Shown one piece after another: positions 19,801-29,482 of a DNA stretch of 64,000 nt. The DNA is from Kiritimatiellia bacterium. GTDB taxonomy: Bacteria > Verrucomicrobiota > Kiritimatiellia > RFP12 > DVOR01. The first letter of the stretch is position 1, and each line of letters starts with the position of its first letter. The notes under the pieces were generated by a model. The model saw only the letters and a program-made list of their open reading frames with translations. It searched no databases and was not told the origin of the DNA. The position numbers and the translations under genes are program-made. The stretch lies in contig JAFXKZ010000002.1 in the NCBI GenBank assembly GCA_017531445.1, forward strand, positions 9,286 through 73,285. The letters are read 5' to 3'.

Positions 19801-20379
19801 ATCCGTTACGCGTGTAAGATTTTCTTCGGTTTGTGCGATTTTACGCAGGGCTTCTTTGCGATCGGCCTTAAATTTGGTTACGCCGGCGGCTTCTTCAAAT
19901 ACGGCGCGCCGGTCTTCGGGGCGCGAAGAGAGAATGGCATCGATTTGCCCTTGTGCCATCACGGAATACGAGGTGGTGCCGACGCCGGTCCCCATGAAAA
20001 GCCGTTGAATGTCTTTGAGACGACACGGGGTTTTGTTCAAAAAGTAGGCATTTTCGCCTGAGCGATACGCACGGCGGGCGATGGAAACTTCGGCATATTC
20101 CGTGCCCAATGCCTGCTCGCAATCGGCGAAGTGCAGGGAGACTTCTACCATGCCGAGCGGTTTGCGTGCATCGGTGCCGTTGAAAATCAAGTCCTGCATT
20201 TTTGAACAACGCAATGCACTGGGGCGTTGTTCACCAAGTACCCATCGGATGGCATCGGATACGTTGCTTTTGCCGCAACCGTTGGGGCCGACAATAGCAA
20301 TCATCCCAGGCTCAAACGTAAGTCTGGTGCGGTCGGCAAAGCTCTTGAAGCCTTGTATTTCCAGTGCCTTCAGGTACAT
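16837..20379 (-). CDS. smc: chromosome segregation protein SMC
   Basis: Walker A GPNGCGKSN, long coiled coils, signature LSGGERT and Walker B FCLLDELDAALD. Start ATG 20379 (MYLKALEIQGFKSF). Confidence 0.95.
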   Translation of the reverse strand: MYLKALEIQGFKSFADRTRLTFEPGMIAIVGPNGCGKSNVSDAIRWVLGEQRPSALRCSKMQDLIFNGTDARKPLGMVEVSLHFADCEQALGTEYAEVSIARRAYRSGENAYFLNKTPCRLKDIQRLFMGTGVGTTSYSVMAQGQIDAILSSRPEDRRAVFEEAAGVTKFKADRKEALRKIAQTEENLTRVTDILRELKRQSTLLQRQAEKAERAKTLRGELRGLDLYLSKKRIAALEEAIAQAGFAVAEATNRIHAIQDEADAATRAITEVNARIQVGEDAIARLSEQSAASVARHKRAQEIIESNLARIAEYRNWAVGLEREVAEARERIEVAQHDPSAVPDISAFDDEQEILQTLLDEAQTLYDERKAEVDATRAELQEARNALTRCDRHQLQWQQVLSKHDGQREERLLKRERLAAETEEAARQRDAAASARQSAQHELEAHRLLAEETREALITLDEDRSFIADDVATAQKRQEDRRRQIAAIEAQRELLSQPIPGEVPDAGRRLFEPSNPLHVREGDIIGTLADLISIDKAHQHAVESALQPWSQAIIVRDEQVASRLVMRCTEVFPGETLHLLIADAPPSPSPIPTPFTPLTKFISADATTTALLNRILYGYFFAETLPDEIPEGVTAIVTNQGIVRFAAGDIAKLAITPNATSLARHQVCVELEERANTLYQEIDAEEQSIATLQARIDAITAKWRDAQRQLERAQRLADQAAALNTAATRDFTTAETRFNELQLRLTEMTASAEQDEAEHAQARDGLDALAEERERHTHITTIASERLTSLEGELDSVAARLSEARFRMAGFMQKREHALTQARNHIARLQELESTINSRNDSIKGCFNNIEKLEADNLKIIASLDDMQQETLTFQQQIEAARSERLELCAQRESLEHASASARKTLLEAQEIKTKAEVTMAENRARHQALMERLQVDYGVTPESFSEEPCAIWETTETPSDEWIETRMADIRIELDRIGPVNLLAIEEFQALEERQTFYQAQANDLEQSHNELMTLIKTINETSGKRFRETFDRANQNFEKMFTRLFHGGEARLVLLENTEDPLECGIDIIARPPGKKPQTISLLSGGERTMTAVSLLFAIFLIKPAPFCLLDELDAALDDSNIGRFVDALKDFLVHSQFLIITHNQHTIAGSDIVYGVTMPEKGVSRTLSMRFSRSATN

Positions 20380-20602
20380 AATCAAAACATATTCTAACAT
20401 AAAAGCAGCTTTCGCAAGGAGGAACAGAAGCGTTCATTCAATAGAAAATGTGTATAAACCGTATTTTTCTTTTTTGCCGGAGCTGTTTGCGGCGGGTGTG
20501 CCTGTTAATAAGGTGCGCCACCGGCGATTTTTCTTGAAGTAATTGTGGCGTATGTGCCACCTGCCGGTGGCATTGTGTGGTGATGCAGAGGGCGTTTGCG
20601 GG

Positions 20603-20706
20603 ACTGTCGCCGGAAACGGCAGATACGTATGGGCGACTTTGGCGGCGAATGTCGCCGATATGAAGGCGTCATCTCGCCCATGTTGCCGCGCGGTATCGCC
20701 CATGTT
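20603..20706. repeat. array C of the phased palindrome (5 units)
   Basis: Unit centres at 20610, 20633, 20655, 20677 and 20699. Examples are AATGTCGCCGATATG, CATCTCGCCCATGTT and GGTATCGCCCATGTT. Confidence 0.8.
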
Positions 20707-20915
20707 CAAAAGCCGTTAAAATGATGCCTTTGGTAATTGCCCCGGTTGGTCTGATTTTTCATCAGACAGATGCTTTTTAATTGCTTTTCTGATTGATGGA
20801 AGCGCACCATAATGTTCACCGGCACCTGAAATAGCTTTTTGCGGTATGTATCGGCGGGGAATATGCTAAACTATGTCCATTCCGGCGAGGGAAGCCGGAG
20901 AAAGAGGATTGGAAG

Positions 20916-21893
20916 ATGGTGCGTGGTATTTCACTTTTGAGTGGTGGACTTGATTCAATGTTGGCGATTTGCCTTTTGCGCGAGCAGGGAATCGAGATGG
21001 AAGGCGTGGTCTTCAAAAGTCCCTTTTTCGGCACAAAATCCGCAGAAAAAGCGGCTGCACAATTGAATGTGAAGCTGCACGTCATTGATTTTTCCGATGA
21101 TATCCTTGCCTTGGTGCGTAAACCGCCACACGGATTTGGCGGAGCGATGAATCCGTGTATCGATTGCCATGCGGCGATGATTCGGCGTGCGGGAGAATTT
21201 ATGCGCGCAGGCGGGTATGCGTTTGTCGCCACAGGCGAAGTGCTGAATCAACGTCCGATGTCGCAGAATCGGCGCAGTTTGGAGACTGTAGCTGAGACTT
21301 CCGGTTTGAAAGGTCTTTTGCTGAGACCGTTATCTGCACAATTGCTCGACCCCACAACGCCGGAATTGGATGGACGTATTGACCGGGCGCGCCTGGGAGC
21401 GATATCGGGGCGTAATCGTCAGCCGCAAATGGAGCTTGTAAAGCGGTATGGACTTACGGACTATCCATCGCCGGCAGGCGGGTGCCTTTTAACGGAAAAA
21501 GGCTTCTGCCGTAAGCTGAAAGATCTCTTTGATCATACCGACGGGATTCCGCCGGTGGCAGATGTTGAATTGCTTAAGTTCTCGCGTCAATTCCGCTTGC
21601 CGGCAGGGGGACGCATCATTGTCGGGCGCAATCGGATGGACAACGTGGCGTTGAAAGCTCTCTTGAAAGAGGGGCGCACAATTTTGCATACCGTGAATAT
21701 CCCCGGGCCTACGGCGGCTGTTTTGGGAGAAATTACGGAGACGGATCTTCAAACAGCGGCTGCAATCATTGCCGATTACGGAGATAAAGGAAGTCTGACG
21801 GCGATTGTGGTGCGGATCGTTACACCGCAAGGGTCGCGTGAAATTACGGTAAAGCCCTTGCAACGATGCGACTATCAACCATGGATGTTATAA
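20916..21893 (+). CDS. PP-loop ATP pyrophosphatase, MnmA/ThiI-like tRNA thiolation enzyme
   Basis: N-terminal SGGLDS PP-loop and an NPCIDCH motif. Confidence 0.55.
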   Translation: MVRGISLLSGGLDSMLAICLLREQGIEMEGVVFKSPFFGTKSAEKAAAQLNVKLHVIDFSDDILALVRKPPHGFGGAMNPCIDCHAAMIRRAGEFMRAGGYAFVATGEVLNQRPMSQNRRSLETVAETSGLKGLLLRPLSAQLLDPTTPELDGRIDRARLGAISGRNRQPQMELVKRYGLTDYPSPAGGCLLTEKGFCRKLKDLFDHTDGIPPVADVELLKFSRQFRLPAGGRIIVGRNRMDNVALKALLKEGRTILHTVNIPGPTAAVLGEITETDLQTAAAIIADYGDKGSLTAIVVRIVTPQGSREITVKPLQRCDYQPWML

Positions 21894-21911
21894 GAAAGAG
21901 AGGTTTAGAAG

Positions 21912-23711
21912 ATGTTGAAGAAGTCTTTATCACTCCTCGTGCTGACGCTTATTTCTGCGACTGTATTCGCGCAAAAAGTCAGGGAAAAGCCTGAGATTTT
22001 CAGGGCTTCGGAGTATGGCATCGCGCCGGGAAAACCATTCGTTGCTGCCGATGTGGAGCGTTTGCTGCAAGCGGTGAAAGCTTCTGATCGCCAGCGGAAG
22101 GTAATCCTTTTTGCTGCGGGTGTTTACGACATCGGCGCAGAGCAATGCCAGGAACGCACCTGGTTTATTTCCAATCATGACCAGGTGAACCCCAGAAAAG
22201 TCTTCTTACCATTGGAAAATCTCCAGCGGGTGACCGTGAATGGAAATGGGGCTTTCTTCAATCTGCGTGGGCGTATTTTGCCGATTGGCATCTGGAATTC
22301 GGATTTGATTTGTGTGAAGAATCTCACTGTGGACTATGAGATTCCAATGATTACACAGGTGACATTTACCGCTGTAGATCCGGCAGCCCGGAAGGTGACA
22401 TTCCGCCCCATTGATGGGACTTTGGCCGAACTTCAAGGCTCACGTCTCTATTTCAAGGGCTATGACTTCCGGAACTCTCCGGGTGGCGGTATCCTGTTTG
22501 AAGCCGATGGACGCATCGCCTATCGTACAAGCGATTGTGGATTCAATCTGGGCAATGTGGTGGCCAATGCCGATGGCACTTATACCGCATCGGACTGTGC
22601 AAATGCGGCCTTTAAGGTTGGGCAAAAGATGGCGTTGCGTGCATGGGAGCGTCCGGCTCCAGGAATTGTTGTGTCTGATTCAAGGTTGATCCGCATCGAT
22701 TCTGTTACGCTCCACTATGCCGATGGGATGGGGCTTATTTGTCAAAGCAGCAACGATTTGGAATTGAACAACTTTCGGGTTGTCCCGAATAAGCAGAAAG
22801 GACGCCTCTTTTCCACGCAGGCGGATGCAACGCATTTTTCCGGGTGTGGTGGCGAAATCCGTTCGATTGATGGCGTCTATCAGGGGATGATGGATGACGC
22901 GATCAATGTGCATGGCACCTACTTGCGTGTGCTGAAAAAAGTTGATGAAAAGACCTTGGAATGCGCCTATATGCATCCGCAGGCGTATGGTTTTTCTTGG
23001 GGACTTCCGGGCGAAGAGGTGGTCTTTATTCAATCGCGTACAATGACAATGTTGGCTGAAACCAAAACTACTATTGCCCGGATTGAACCGCTGGATCAGT
23101 CCGTGATTGATGGCGCAAAGAGATTCCGTATCACATTGGCAACCGCGCTCCCGGAGGGTGTAGATCCGGCGATTACGCCAATCGGAATTGAGAATCTTAC
23201 TCGGACACCATCGGTGATTTTCTCCGGCAATCAGGTAATGGATAATCGCGCACGTGGGGCACTCTTTTCCACGCCCAAACGCGTTGTCTGCATCAATAAC
23301 CTCTTTGATCATATCAGTGGAAGCGGCATCTTGCTTTGCGGAGACTGCAATGGGTGGTATGAAACTGGCGCGTGTACGGATGTACTTATCGCGAAAAATA
23401 CATTTGTAAATGCATTGACTTCACCGTTTCAGTTCACAGAAGCCGTAATCAGTATCTGTCCGGAAATTCCGGAACTTCGAGAAGATTTACCCTGTTTCCA
23501 CCGGAATATCCGGATTGAAGACAATGTGTTCGTCGCCTTTGATCATCCGCTTGTTTTTGCAAAGAGCGTGGATGGTATGACAATAAAGAACAATGTGTTC
23601 GTTAAATCAACGACGTATGCGCCGTATCATTGGAATAAAACATGGCTGACCCTGCGTCATTGTTTGAACGTAGAGGCCGAGCCGCCACGCGGTTGGAGCG
23701 AACAGCATTGA
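21912..23711 (+). CDS. secreted right-handed parallel beta-helix protein, probable glycoside hydrolase (GH110-like is a guess)
   Basis: Signal peptide. Repeated beta-helix-like segments (for example [12 protein letters not shown] and [14 protein letters not shown]). 599 aa. Confidence 0.45.
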   Translation: MLKKSLSLLVLTLISATVFAQKVREKPEIFRASEYGIAPGKPFVAADVERLLQAVKASDRQRKVILFAAGVYDIGAEQCQERTWFISNHDQVNPRKVFLPLENLQRVTVNGNGAFFNLRGRILPIGIWNSDLICVKNLTVDYEIPMITQVTFTAVDPAARKVTFRPIDGTLAELQGSRLYFKGYDFRNSPGGGILFEADGRIAYRTSDCGFNLGNVVANADGTYTASDCANAAFKVGQKMALRAWERPAPGIVVSDSRLIRIDSVTLHYADGMGLICQSSNDLELNNFRVVPNKQKGRLFSTQADATHFSGCGGEIRSIDGVYQGMMDDAINVHGTYLRVLKKVDEKTLECAYMHPQAYGFSWGLPGEEVVFIQSRTMTMLAETKTTIARIEPLDQSVIDGAKRFRITLATALPEGVDPAITPIGIENLTRTPSVIFSGNQVMDNRARGALFSTPKRVVCINNLFDHISGSGILLCGDCNGWYETGACTDVLIAKNTFVNALTSPFQFTEAVISICPEIPELREDLPCFHRNIRIEDNVFVAFDHPLVFAKSVDGMTIKNNVFVKSTTYAPYHWNKTWLTLRHCLNVEAEPPRGWSEQH

Positions 23712-24355
23712 TGGAAAAACAGGCTATGAAATTTCTGATTACTGCAGGCCCAACGCGTGAACCTCTGGACCCGGTGCGCTTTCTTTCCAATCGTTCCACC
23801 GGAAAGATGGGGTTCGCGCTCGCATATGCTGCGGTGCAGGCCGGACACGAAGTAACACTGATCGCAGGACCTGTGACATTGGAAAGCCCGGAAGGCGTCC
23901 GGCGCGTGGATGTGGAGACTGCATTGGAAATGTTGTCAGCAGTGGAGAAAAATCTTCCCGATGCAGATGTGTATATTTCGTGCGCTGCGGTGGCTGACTG
24001 GCGTCCGGCGACCTATTCTCCTGTAAAACTCAAGAAATCCGGGATGGATGGAGAACTGAGGTTGGTGCGGAATCCGGACATTCTTAAAACGATACGTCCA
24101 CAGAAGGGGAATCGGATTTTTGTGGGATTTGCTGCCGAAACCGGTATGCCGGAAGCTGAAGCGAAGCGTAAGATGTTGGAAAAAGGCTTGGATTTTATTG
24201 TGGCAAACGACGTGACAATGCCCGGAGCCGGATTTGCAACGGATACAAATTGTGTCACGTTGCTTTTCCCTAACGGCGAAAAGAGCTTTTTGACACTGCG
24301 CTCCAAACTTGAAATTGCAAAGGAAATCGTTTCAAGAATTGAGCGTTTGCGCTGA
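23711..24355 (+). CDS. coaB: phosphopantothenate--cysteine ligase, stand-alone CoaB domain
   Basis: [25 protein letters not shown] motif with no CoaC flavoprotein domain. ATG 23711 overlaps the preceding TGA by 1 nt. An alternative start is ATG 23726. Confidence 0.8.
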   Translation: MEKQAMKFLITAGPTREPLDPVRFLSNRSTGKMGFALAYAAVQAGHEVTLIAGPVTLESPEGVRRVDVETALEMLSAVEKNLPDADVYISCAAVADWRPATYSPVKLKKSGMDGELRLVRNPDILKTIRPQKGNRIFVGFAAETGMPEAEAKRKMLEKGLDFIVANDVTMPGAGFATDTNCVTLLFPNGEKSFLTLRSKLEIAKEIVSRIERLR

Positions 24356-24360
24356 CCGTA

Positions 24361-24987
24361 TCAGGAATGTTGCCGGCGAAGAAAGAGGGTGCCAATCATT
24401 AAAATCGCCGAAATTGATAATGAAATCAGGAATGCCGGGAGCATATTCCCGGCATTCTTTCCGTAAACACCTGCGTAAACGTAGGTGAAAGAAATGACGG
24501 CATTTCCGATGGTTAATAATGGAAAACATTTGCGGAATGGAAGACGTGCAATCCCTGCAAGGAGTACGGAAACTTCTGCAAACACCGGAATTGCGCGTAA
24601 GGCAAGGAGAAAAAGGATCCCGTAACGGGCGAGGAGACGTTGCAGTTTAGGTAATTCAGATTCTCCTACGAAGCGGTAGGCAAGTGATGTTGCGCGTGTT
24701 CCCACGAGCCATCCGATCAAACAACTTGCTGTCATTGCACAAAATGAAATAAGGAAGCCGCCGATACCTCCGAAAAAAACGCCACATAGCGTACTTGCAA
24801 GGCTGCTTGGCACAGGCAAAAATACGTCGAGTGCAAGTGCTGAAAAGAGTAATATCGCTAACGAGAGTCGTGTCGTTGTTCCAGCATTGGCGGTAGCAAT
24901 AAACCAAGCATCAATCGTTTCTCCCCAGAAACAAAATGGGAGAATGATTAAAAGTCCGATAATGAGAACAAGCGTAATGGTTTTCAT
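24361..24987 (-). CDS. DedA/VTT-domain (SNARE-associated) membrane protein
   Basis: 208 aa with multiple TM segments and a DedA-like layout. Confidence 0.6.
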   Translation of the reverse strand: MKTITLVLIIGLLIILPFCFWGETIDAWFIATANAGTTTRLSLAILLFSALALDVFLPVPSSLASTLCGVFFGGIGGFLISFCAMTASCLIGWLVGTRATSLAYRFVGESELPKLQRLLARYGILFLLALRAIPVFAEVSVLLAGIARLPFRKCFPLLTIGNAVISFTYVYAGVYGKNAGNMLPAFLISLSISAILMIGTLFLRRQHS

Positions 24988-25103
24988 TGCGGGATTATTT
25001 TATGGGAAAGGGGGTTGCCATTTGTGGAATTTCAGGTGATCTATCGGCGAAATTACGATTTCTTTACTTGGATAAGCCATATCGGTTTCAGGCAAGCAGC
25101 GGA

Positions 25104-26084
25104 TTATTCTGCGAATTCTGCCTCAAGGGCTGTGTCGATTTCCTGTTGTTCTTCTTCGGTTAAATCTTCAACAGGTGTAAGCGGAACAACGCCTTTTTTC
25201 ATCAATTCAATGTTTGTACGACGACGAAGGTAGTCCTTTGTTTCTTCGGAAAGGTTTCCTTCTGCAAGCTGTTGTTGAAGTGCTTCCTGCGCCAACGCTT
25301 TTTCTTTTTGTTGCCGTTTTACTTCATTTCTCCGATGCTCAACCAACCGCTTTAAGTAGTCTTGCGGAGATTCACCTGTGGCAACGGCTTCATTCAATTC
25401 CGACACACCTGCTTGAATAAGTGCTTCGGTTTCTGTTTGCGGTTCATCCTTTTTTTTATTGGGATTGAACTCACGTGTAAAATCTTCTGCGTCCAAAATC
25501 GGAATCGGCAAGGGTGGGGCTTCCACATCCGGCGGCAGACTCATTTGCATTGCGATGAGCTGTTCGGCAAGGGAATTCGGGCGTTTCCGTTCTACGGTTT
25601 CAGCCTCAATCTGTTCCGCTTCTTGCTGGGCTTCTTGTTGAGCCAGCAGTTCAGGCGTAATCGTCTCCATCAATCCGAGCCCCAACTTCAACGTAAACGT
25701 AACACCCTCACGGGTGAATGTGGCATATTCTTCGTCGAGGTTGGAAAGTATCATTGTCAATCCATTGGATTCGTCCCCGTCGAAAAGGGTGATATAACCC
25801 GGAGGATTTGAACCGTTATCAATCAGGCCTACAGCGGTGCGTCCATCAGGCGTATATGTCATCGCACAGAGTTGAATTTTAGACGATTCCTCTTGAACTT
25901 TTTCCGGATCCTGATTGAGTATTTCATCGGTTTCAGGTGCTGCTTCTGCTGCCATTGGGCCAAAAGGTTCAGAGGAGATAATCAACTCGTAGTATGAACG
26001 CGGGCGTAATGATCCCGGCATCGCTGCGGCGATTGCTGCAATGCTCGTCAATAAGAGCAAAAGTTTTTGCTTTAATGCTGTCAT
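25104..26084 (-). CDS. hypothetical secreted acidic protein
   Basis: Signal peptide and a Glu/Gln-rich helical C-terminal half. Has a 4-nt overlap with the upstream antiporter gene. Confidence 0.5.
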   Translation of the reverse strand: MTALKQKLLLLLTSIAAIAAAMPGSLRPRSYYELIISSEPFGPMAAEAAPETDEILNQDPEKVQEESSKIQLCAMTYTPDGRTAVGLIDNGSNPPGYITLFDGDESNGLTMILSNLDEEYATFTREGVTFTLKLGLGLMETITPELLAQQEAQQEAEQIEAETVERKRPNSLAEQLIAMQMSLPPDVEAPPLPIPILDAEDFTREFNPNKKKDEPQTETEALIQAGVSELNEAVATGESPQDYLKRLVEHRRNEVKRQQKEKALAQEALQQQLAEGNLSEETKDYLRRRTNIELMKKGVVPLTPVEDLTEEEQQEIDTALEAEFAE

Positions 26085-28216
26085 GGCGTAAGGAGCGCCT
26101 TCTTGATAGCGGCCGCGGTAGGTGCAGAAAGGATGGCTTGTCGTGTTTGTTCAGAGCGCAACACTGTAAGTGCTGCGGTGATGAAGGTCATATAGGGGCT
26201 TCCCGGTGTGTCAGGGGTTAGTGTAAGCAGAATAATTCTGCATCCGCGCCCTTCTTCATCGGTAGAAAAGTCCACCGGCTCCTTTGTAATGCCGATTGCG
26301 CAAACGAGTGACGTGACGGTATTCGTCCGGGTATGCGGACAGGCAACGCCACTTCCCACGCCGGTCGGCATCACTTGTTCGCGATACAATACTTCTTCTT
26401 CTGCGCGTTTAAGGTCGGTCAAGTAGCCAAGCTGTTGCAAACGCGTCAATAATTCATGCACGATCCCATCGCGAGTGGTTGCGGTTAAACGGTGAATAAT
26501 CGCCTGTTCTGCAATGTGACGGCTTAACACTGCCAGCTTGGTCGCCGGGAGTTTAGATTTGTTTTCGGGCGTGGTATCTGCCAGTGCCAGATGTGAATCT
26601 TCTGTAATCGGCTTGCGCAACGCTTCCAAAATGCCTTCAAATTCTGCGATGGTTTCTTTCATTACTACACGCACAAAGGGGAGGGCATCGGGCTTTGCCG
26701 AGAAGGAGATCGTGTCTTCTCCTCCGGAAATTGTCAGCACCATATCGGATCGGCGCGCCTGATAGAGGTCGGCCGTCGGATCAATTTGATGCGTAAAGAA
26801 TCCTTCATTTGCAAGTGTTGCAATGATTCTTGCCATCATATTATTGGTGACAGCATGATTGGGGAAGTGGTAAACGGCCGTCGGTGCCGGATTTTGATCC
26901 TCTTCCTTTTGGTGGCCGCGCTTTTTAATGTTGAAGGCAAACACCAGAAGTGGCGGTGAAACAAGTGTGGTTAGAAGGGTCATCAATACCGCCACGCCCA
27001 GCACTTCTTTATGTCCGGCTGCGGCTGCAATGCCTGCGATGATCAAAGCAACTTCTCCGCGCGGCACCATCCCAAGCCCTATGCGGAGCGCACCCATCGG
27101 GGTAAACCCGAAGAGCAACGTCGGCAGACCACATCCAATGATTTTGGCTAAAACTGCCACGCACGTATAAATCAATCCTGCAAGTAGAATGGATGGATTC
27201 AGAAACTCTGTTACATCAACCATCATGCCCATGACCACAAAGAAAATCGGCACAAGGAATTGATAAAGACCATGCAGTTTTTCTTGAATCATGATTCCCA
27301 TTTCGGTGCGGGAGAATGAGAGTCCGGTGACGTAGGCACCGATAATCATTGCAAGGTTGGCCTGCTCAAAGAGTCCGCCTACCAATAAGGCCAACCCAAG
27401 TGTGAGAACTGCCACTTCGCCATGCGAGCCGCACGGCTTGAGAAGGCGGGCAATAGATTGTGACACACAAATGCCAATAGAGGTTACACCCACCCAAACG
27501 CCGAAACTACGCGCTGCAATGCCGGAAATGTTGAGCCACGAAACGGAATTTCCGGATTGCTGGGCTGCAATCATGCCCATACCGATAGCCAGCATAATGA
27601 TACCCAAGACATCATCGATAACGGCTCCGGCAAGGATGGTAACGCCTTCCTGCGAGTCCAGTTTTTTGCGTTCGGAAAGGATGCGGGCAGTGATGGAAAC
27701 CGAAGTGGCCGTGCTCATAACACCCATCAGAATGGCGGTGGGAGAGGTCCAGGAGAGCCCCAGGCAGTAGACGCCGGTTGCTACGCCGGTGACGTAGGAG
27801 ATGAGAACGCCGCCGATGCCAACCAGTGAGCCTACGGCCGAATAGCGCATGAACATTCGCAGATCGGTCTCTGCACCGACCAGAAAAAGCAGAACAATAG
27901 AGGCAACCGTGCAAAGACCGTACAGTTCAGGAGAAACCCCTACCGGCGAATTGGCAAAGGTATGAAAAATCCATCCATCCCACAGACTGCCGAGTGCAAA
28001 CGGGCCGATAACAACACCGGCAATCAATTCACCCAGGACGGCCGGCAGGTGAACTTTTGTAAAAAGCAGATTCCCCAATCGTGCCGCAAAGAGAATAACG
28101 CCTACTTGCATTGCGAGTGCCACCATGCGGTGGGTCATATCAATTGTGTGATTTTGTCCCGCAAAAAGTGCGCCCGAAGTGACAAGTGCCAAAAGAAGCA
28201 AAAGACCTTTTTTCAT
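26081..28216 (-). CDS. cation:proton antiporter (CPA2/Kef-like) fused to a PTS EIIA type-2 domain
   Basis: About 430 aa of Na+/H+-exchanger-like TM helices, a linker, and a C-terminal EIIA-2-like domain with GSGVACPHTRT (phosphorylatable His). Confidence 0.8.
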   Translation of the reverse strand: MKKGLLLLLALVTSGALFAGQNHTIDMTHRMVALAMQVGVILFAARLGNLLFTKVHLPAVLGELIAGVVIGPFALGSLWDGWIFHTFANSPVGVSPELYGLCTVASIVLLFLVGAETDLRMFMRYSAVGSLVGIGGVLISYVTGVATGVYCLGLSWTSPTAILMGVMSTATSVSITARILSERKKLDSQEGVTILAGAVIDDVLGIIMLAIGMGMIAAQQSGNSVSWLNISGIAARSFGVWVGVTSIGICVSQSIARLLKPCGSHGEVAVLTLGLALLVGGLFEQANLAMIIGAYVTGLSFSRTEMGIMIQEKLHGLYQFLVPIFFVVMGMMVDVTEFLNPSILLAGLIYTCVAVLAKIIGCGLPTLLFGFTPMGALRIGLGMVPRGEVALIIAGIAAAAGHKEVLGVAVLMTLLTTLVSPPLLVFAFNIKKRGHQKEEDQNPAPTAVYHFPNHAVTNNMMARIIATLANEGFFTHQIDPTADLYQARRSDMVLTISGGEDTISFSAKPDALPFVRVVMKETIAEFEGILEALRKPITEDSHLALADTTPENKSKLPATKLAVLSRHIAEQAIIHRLTATTRDGIVHELLTRLQQLGYLTDLKRAEEEVLYREQVMPTGVGSGVACPHTRTNTVTSLVCAIGITKEPVDFSTDEEGRGCRIILLTLTPDTPGSPYMTFITAALTVLRSEQTRQAILSAPTAAAIKKALLTP

Positions 28217-28375
28217 ACGTATAGATTATAGCACATATTCTTGAATAATCCGCTTGCAGGAAGACGCTTTGCAAAGAACGCAGCGGCAGTATGCACATAC
28301 ATGGAATGATGTGTGGCCGATTGTTTTTCCGGAAAAGCGGGAGAGGGCAACAGTATGTCTGCGAGAATGGGGTTG

Positions 28376-28457
28376 AACGTCGGCGATGTCGGCTTGGAAA
28401 GTCGCCGGTATCCGAGCGGAATATCGCCCGTGTTTATGCGTAAACATGGGCGATATT
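28376..28457. repeat. array D of the phased palindrome (4 units)
   Basis: Unit centres at 28383, 28405, 28427 and 28450: AACGTCGGCGATGTC, AAAGTCGCCGGTATC, AATATCGCCCGTGTT, AACATGGGCGATATT. Confidence 0.8.
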
Positions 28458-28537
28458 GAAATAAGGGTGTGGAAAGTTGCTGACAAGGAATGCAGATTAT
28501 CTGCGCAGCCCCATGGCAAAGGTGTTGCGGATATCCC

Positions 28538-29203
28538 TTATTCCCGCTCCGGCGCAGTGAGGTCTTTGCGAAAAAGACACCCGAAAAGGAGTCCGGCGAT
28601 CCAACCGCCAAGATGTGCACCATAGGCGGTTTGCAACTCAGGAAAAAAGCATTCAATCACGCAGAAGAGAAGAAACAGCGGAACTAAAAGAATCGTTTTA
28701 ATGTGAAATGGAATCCCAAAAAACAGGATGAGACTTTGGCTTTTGGGGAAAAGTGTCGTAATTGTGCCAAGACATGACGTCAGAATCGCCGAGGCTCCAA
28801 CACACGAAAGCGTATCCGGTAAACGCGGATCCAATTGTAAACTGAGCAGAAACCCTGCTGCACCTGCGAGCGCACCGGCCAGCACAACCCAAAGTGTTTT
28901 TTGCCATCCCAGAAGACGTTCAAGCGTTGTGCCGGTGAGCCAGAGACCGAGGAGATTCAACGCAAGATGCATCCATGAACCGTGGAGAAGTGCATAGGTA
29001 AGGAGGGAATAGAGGTGCGAACCGCCCATTTGCAGCGATGCAACGCGCAATGGAAAGTTGTGAAGCAGAAGATCGCCAATAAAAATATCTTCCGCGCCGA
29101 TGGGCAACGGAAGATGTAAATCAGGGATCAAAAGCACCTGTAAAACAACACACATCCCGCAGATGCACGGAATGGTGGCGGGGCGTAAGGGCTTCGCGGA
29201 CAT
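28538..29203 (-). CDS. rhomboid-family intramembrane serine protease
   Basis: GASAILTS (GxSx serine) and AHLGGWIAG (histidine) in TM helices. Start ATG 29203 overlaps the TAA of the upstream small ORF (TAATG). Confidence 0.8.
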   Translation of the reverse strand: MSAKPLRPATIPCICGMCVVLQVLLIPDLHLPLPIGAEDIFIGDLLLHNFPLRVASLQMGGSHLYSLLTYALLHGSWMHLALNLLGLWLTGTTLERLLGWQKTLWVVLAGALAGAAGFLLSLQLDPRLPDTLSCVGASAILTSCLGTITTLFPKSQSLILFFGIPFHIKTILLVPLFLLFCVIECFFPELQTAYGAHLGGWIAGLLFGCLFRKDLTAPERE

Positions 29204-29400
29204 TAGAGTCCGATAAAGTTTTTGTAGAGATCCCACTCAAGGTAAAGGATTGCAACTAATGCAACAGAGAGGCAAAATGCCACAATAGCGCATCCACCGG
29301 CAATCCAGTCGGTCTTGGCAGTACCGGTTGCTTTGGGGGCTGCTGCATCTTCGGCAGGGTTGCGCAGACGTGCATTGATGTAAGGCTTTTTCTCGGCCAT
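29203..29400 (-). CDS. small single-pass membrane protein (65 aa)
   Basis: AAGGAG RBS 8 nt upstream of ATG 29400, one TM helix (IAGGCAIVAFCLSVALVAILY), and translational coupling to the rhomboid gene. Confidence 0.5.
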   Translation of the reverse strand: MAEKKPYINARLRNPAEDAAAPKATGTAKTDWIAGGCAIVAFCLSVALVAILYLEWDLYKNFIGL

Positions 29401-29482
29401 AGTGATAAACTCCTTGAACTACTGCTATTAGTATACCGCTTTCAAACGGAAAAGAAAAGGGTAAATCCGTGAAAATTGCGCT

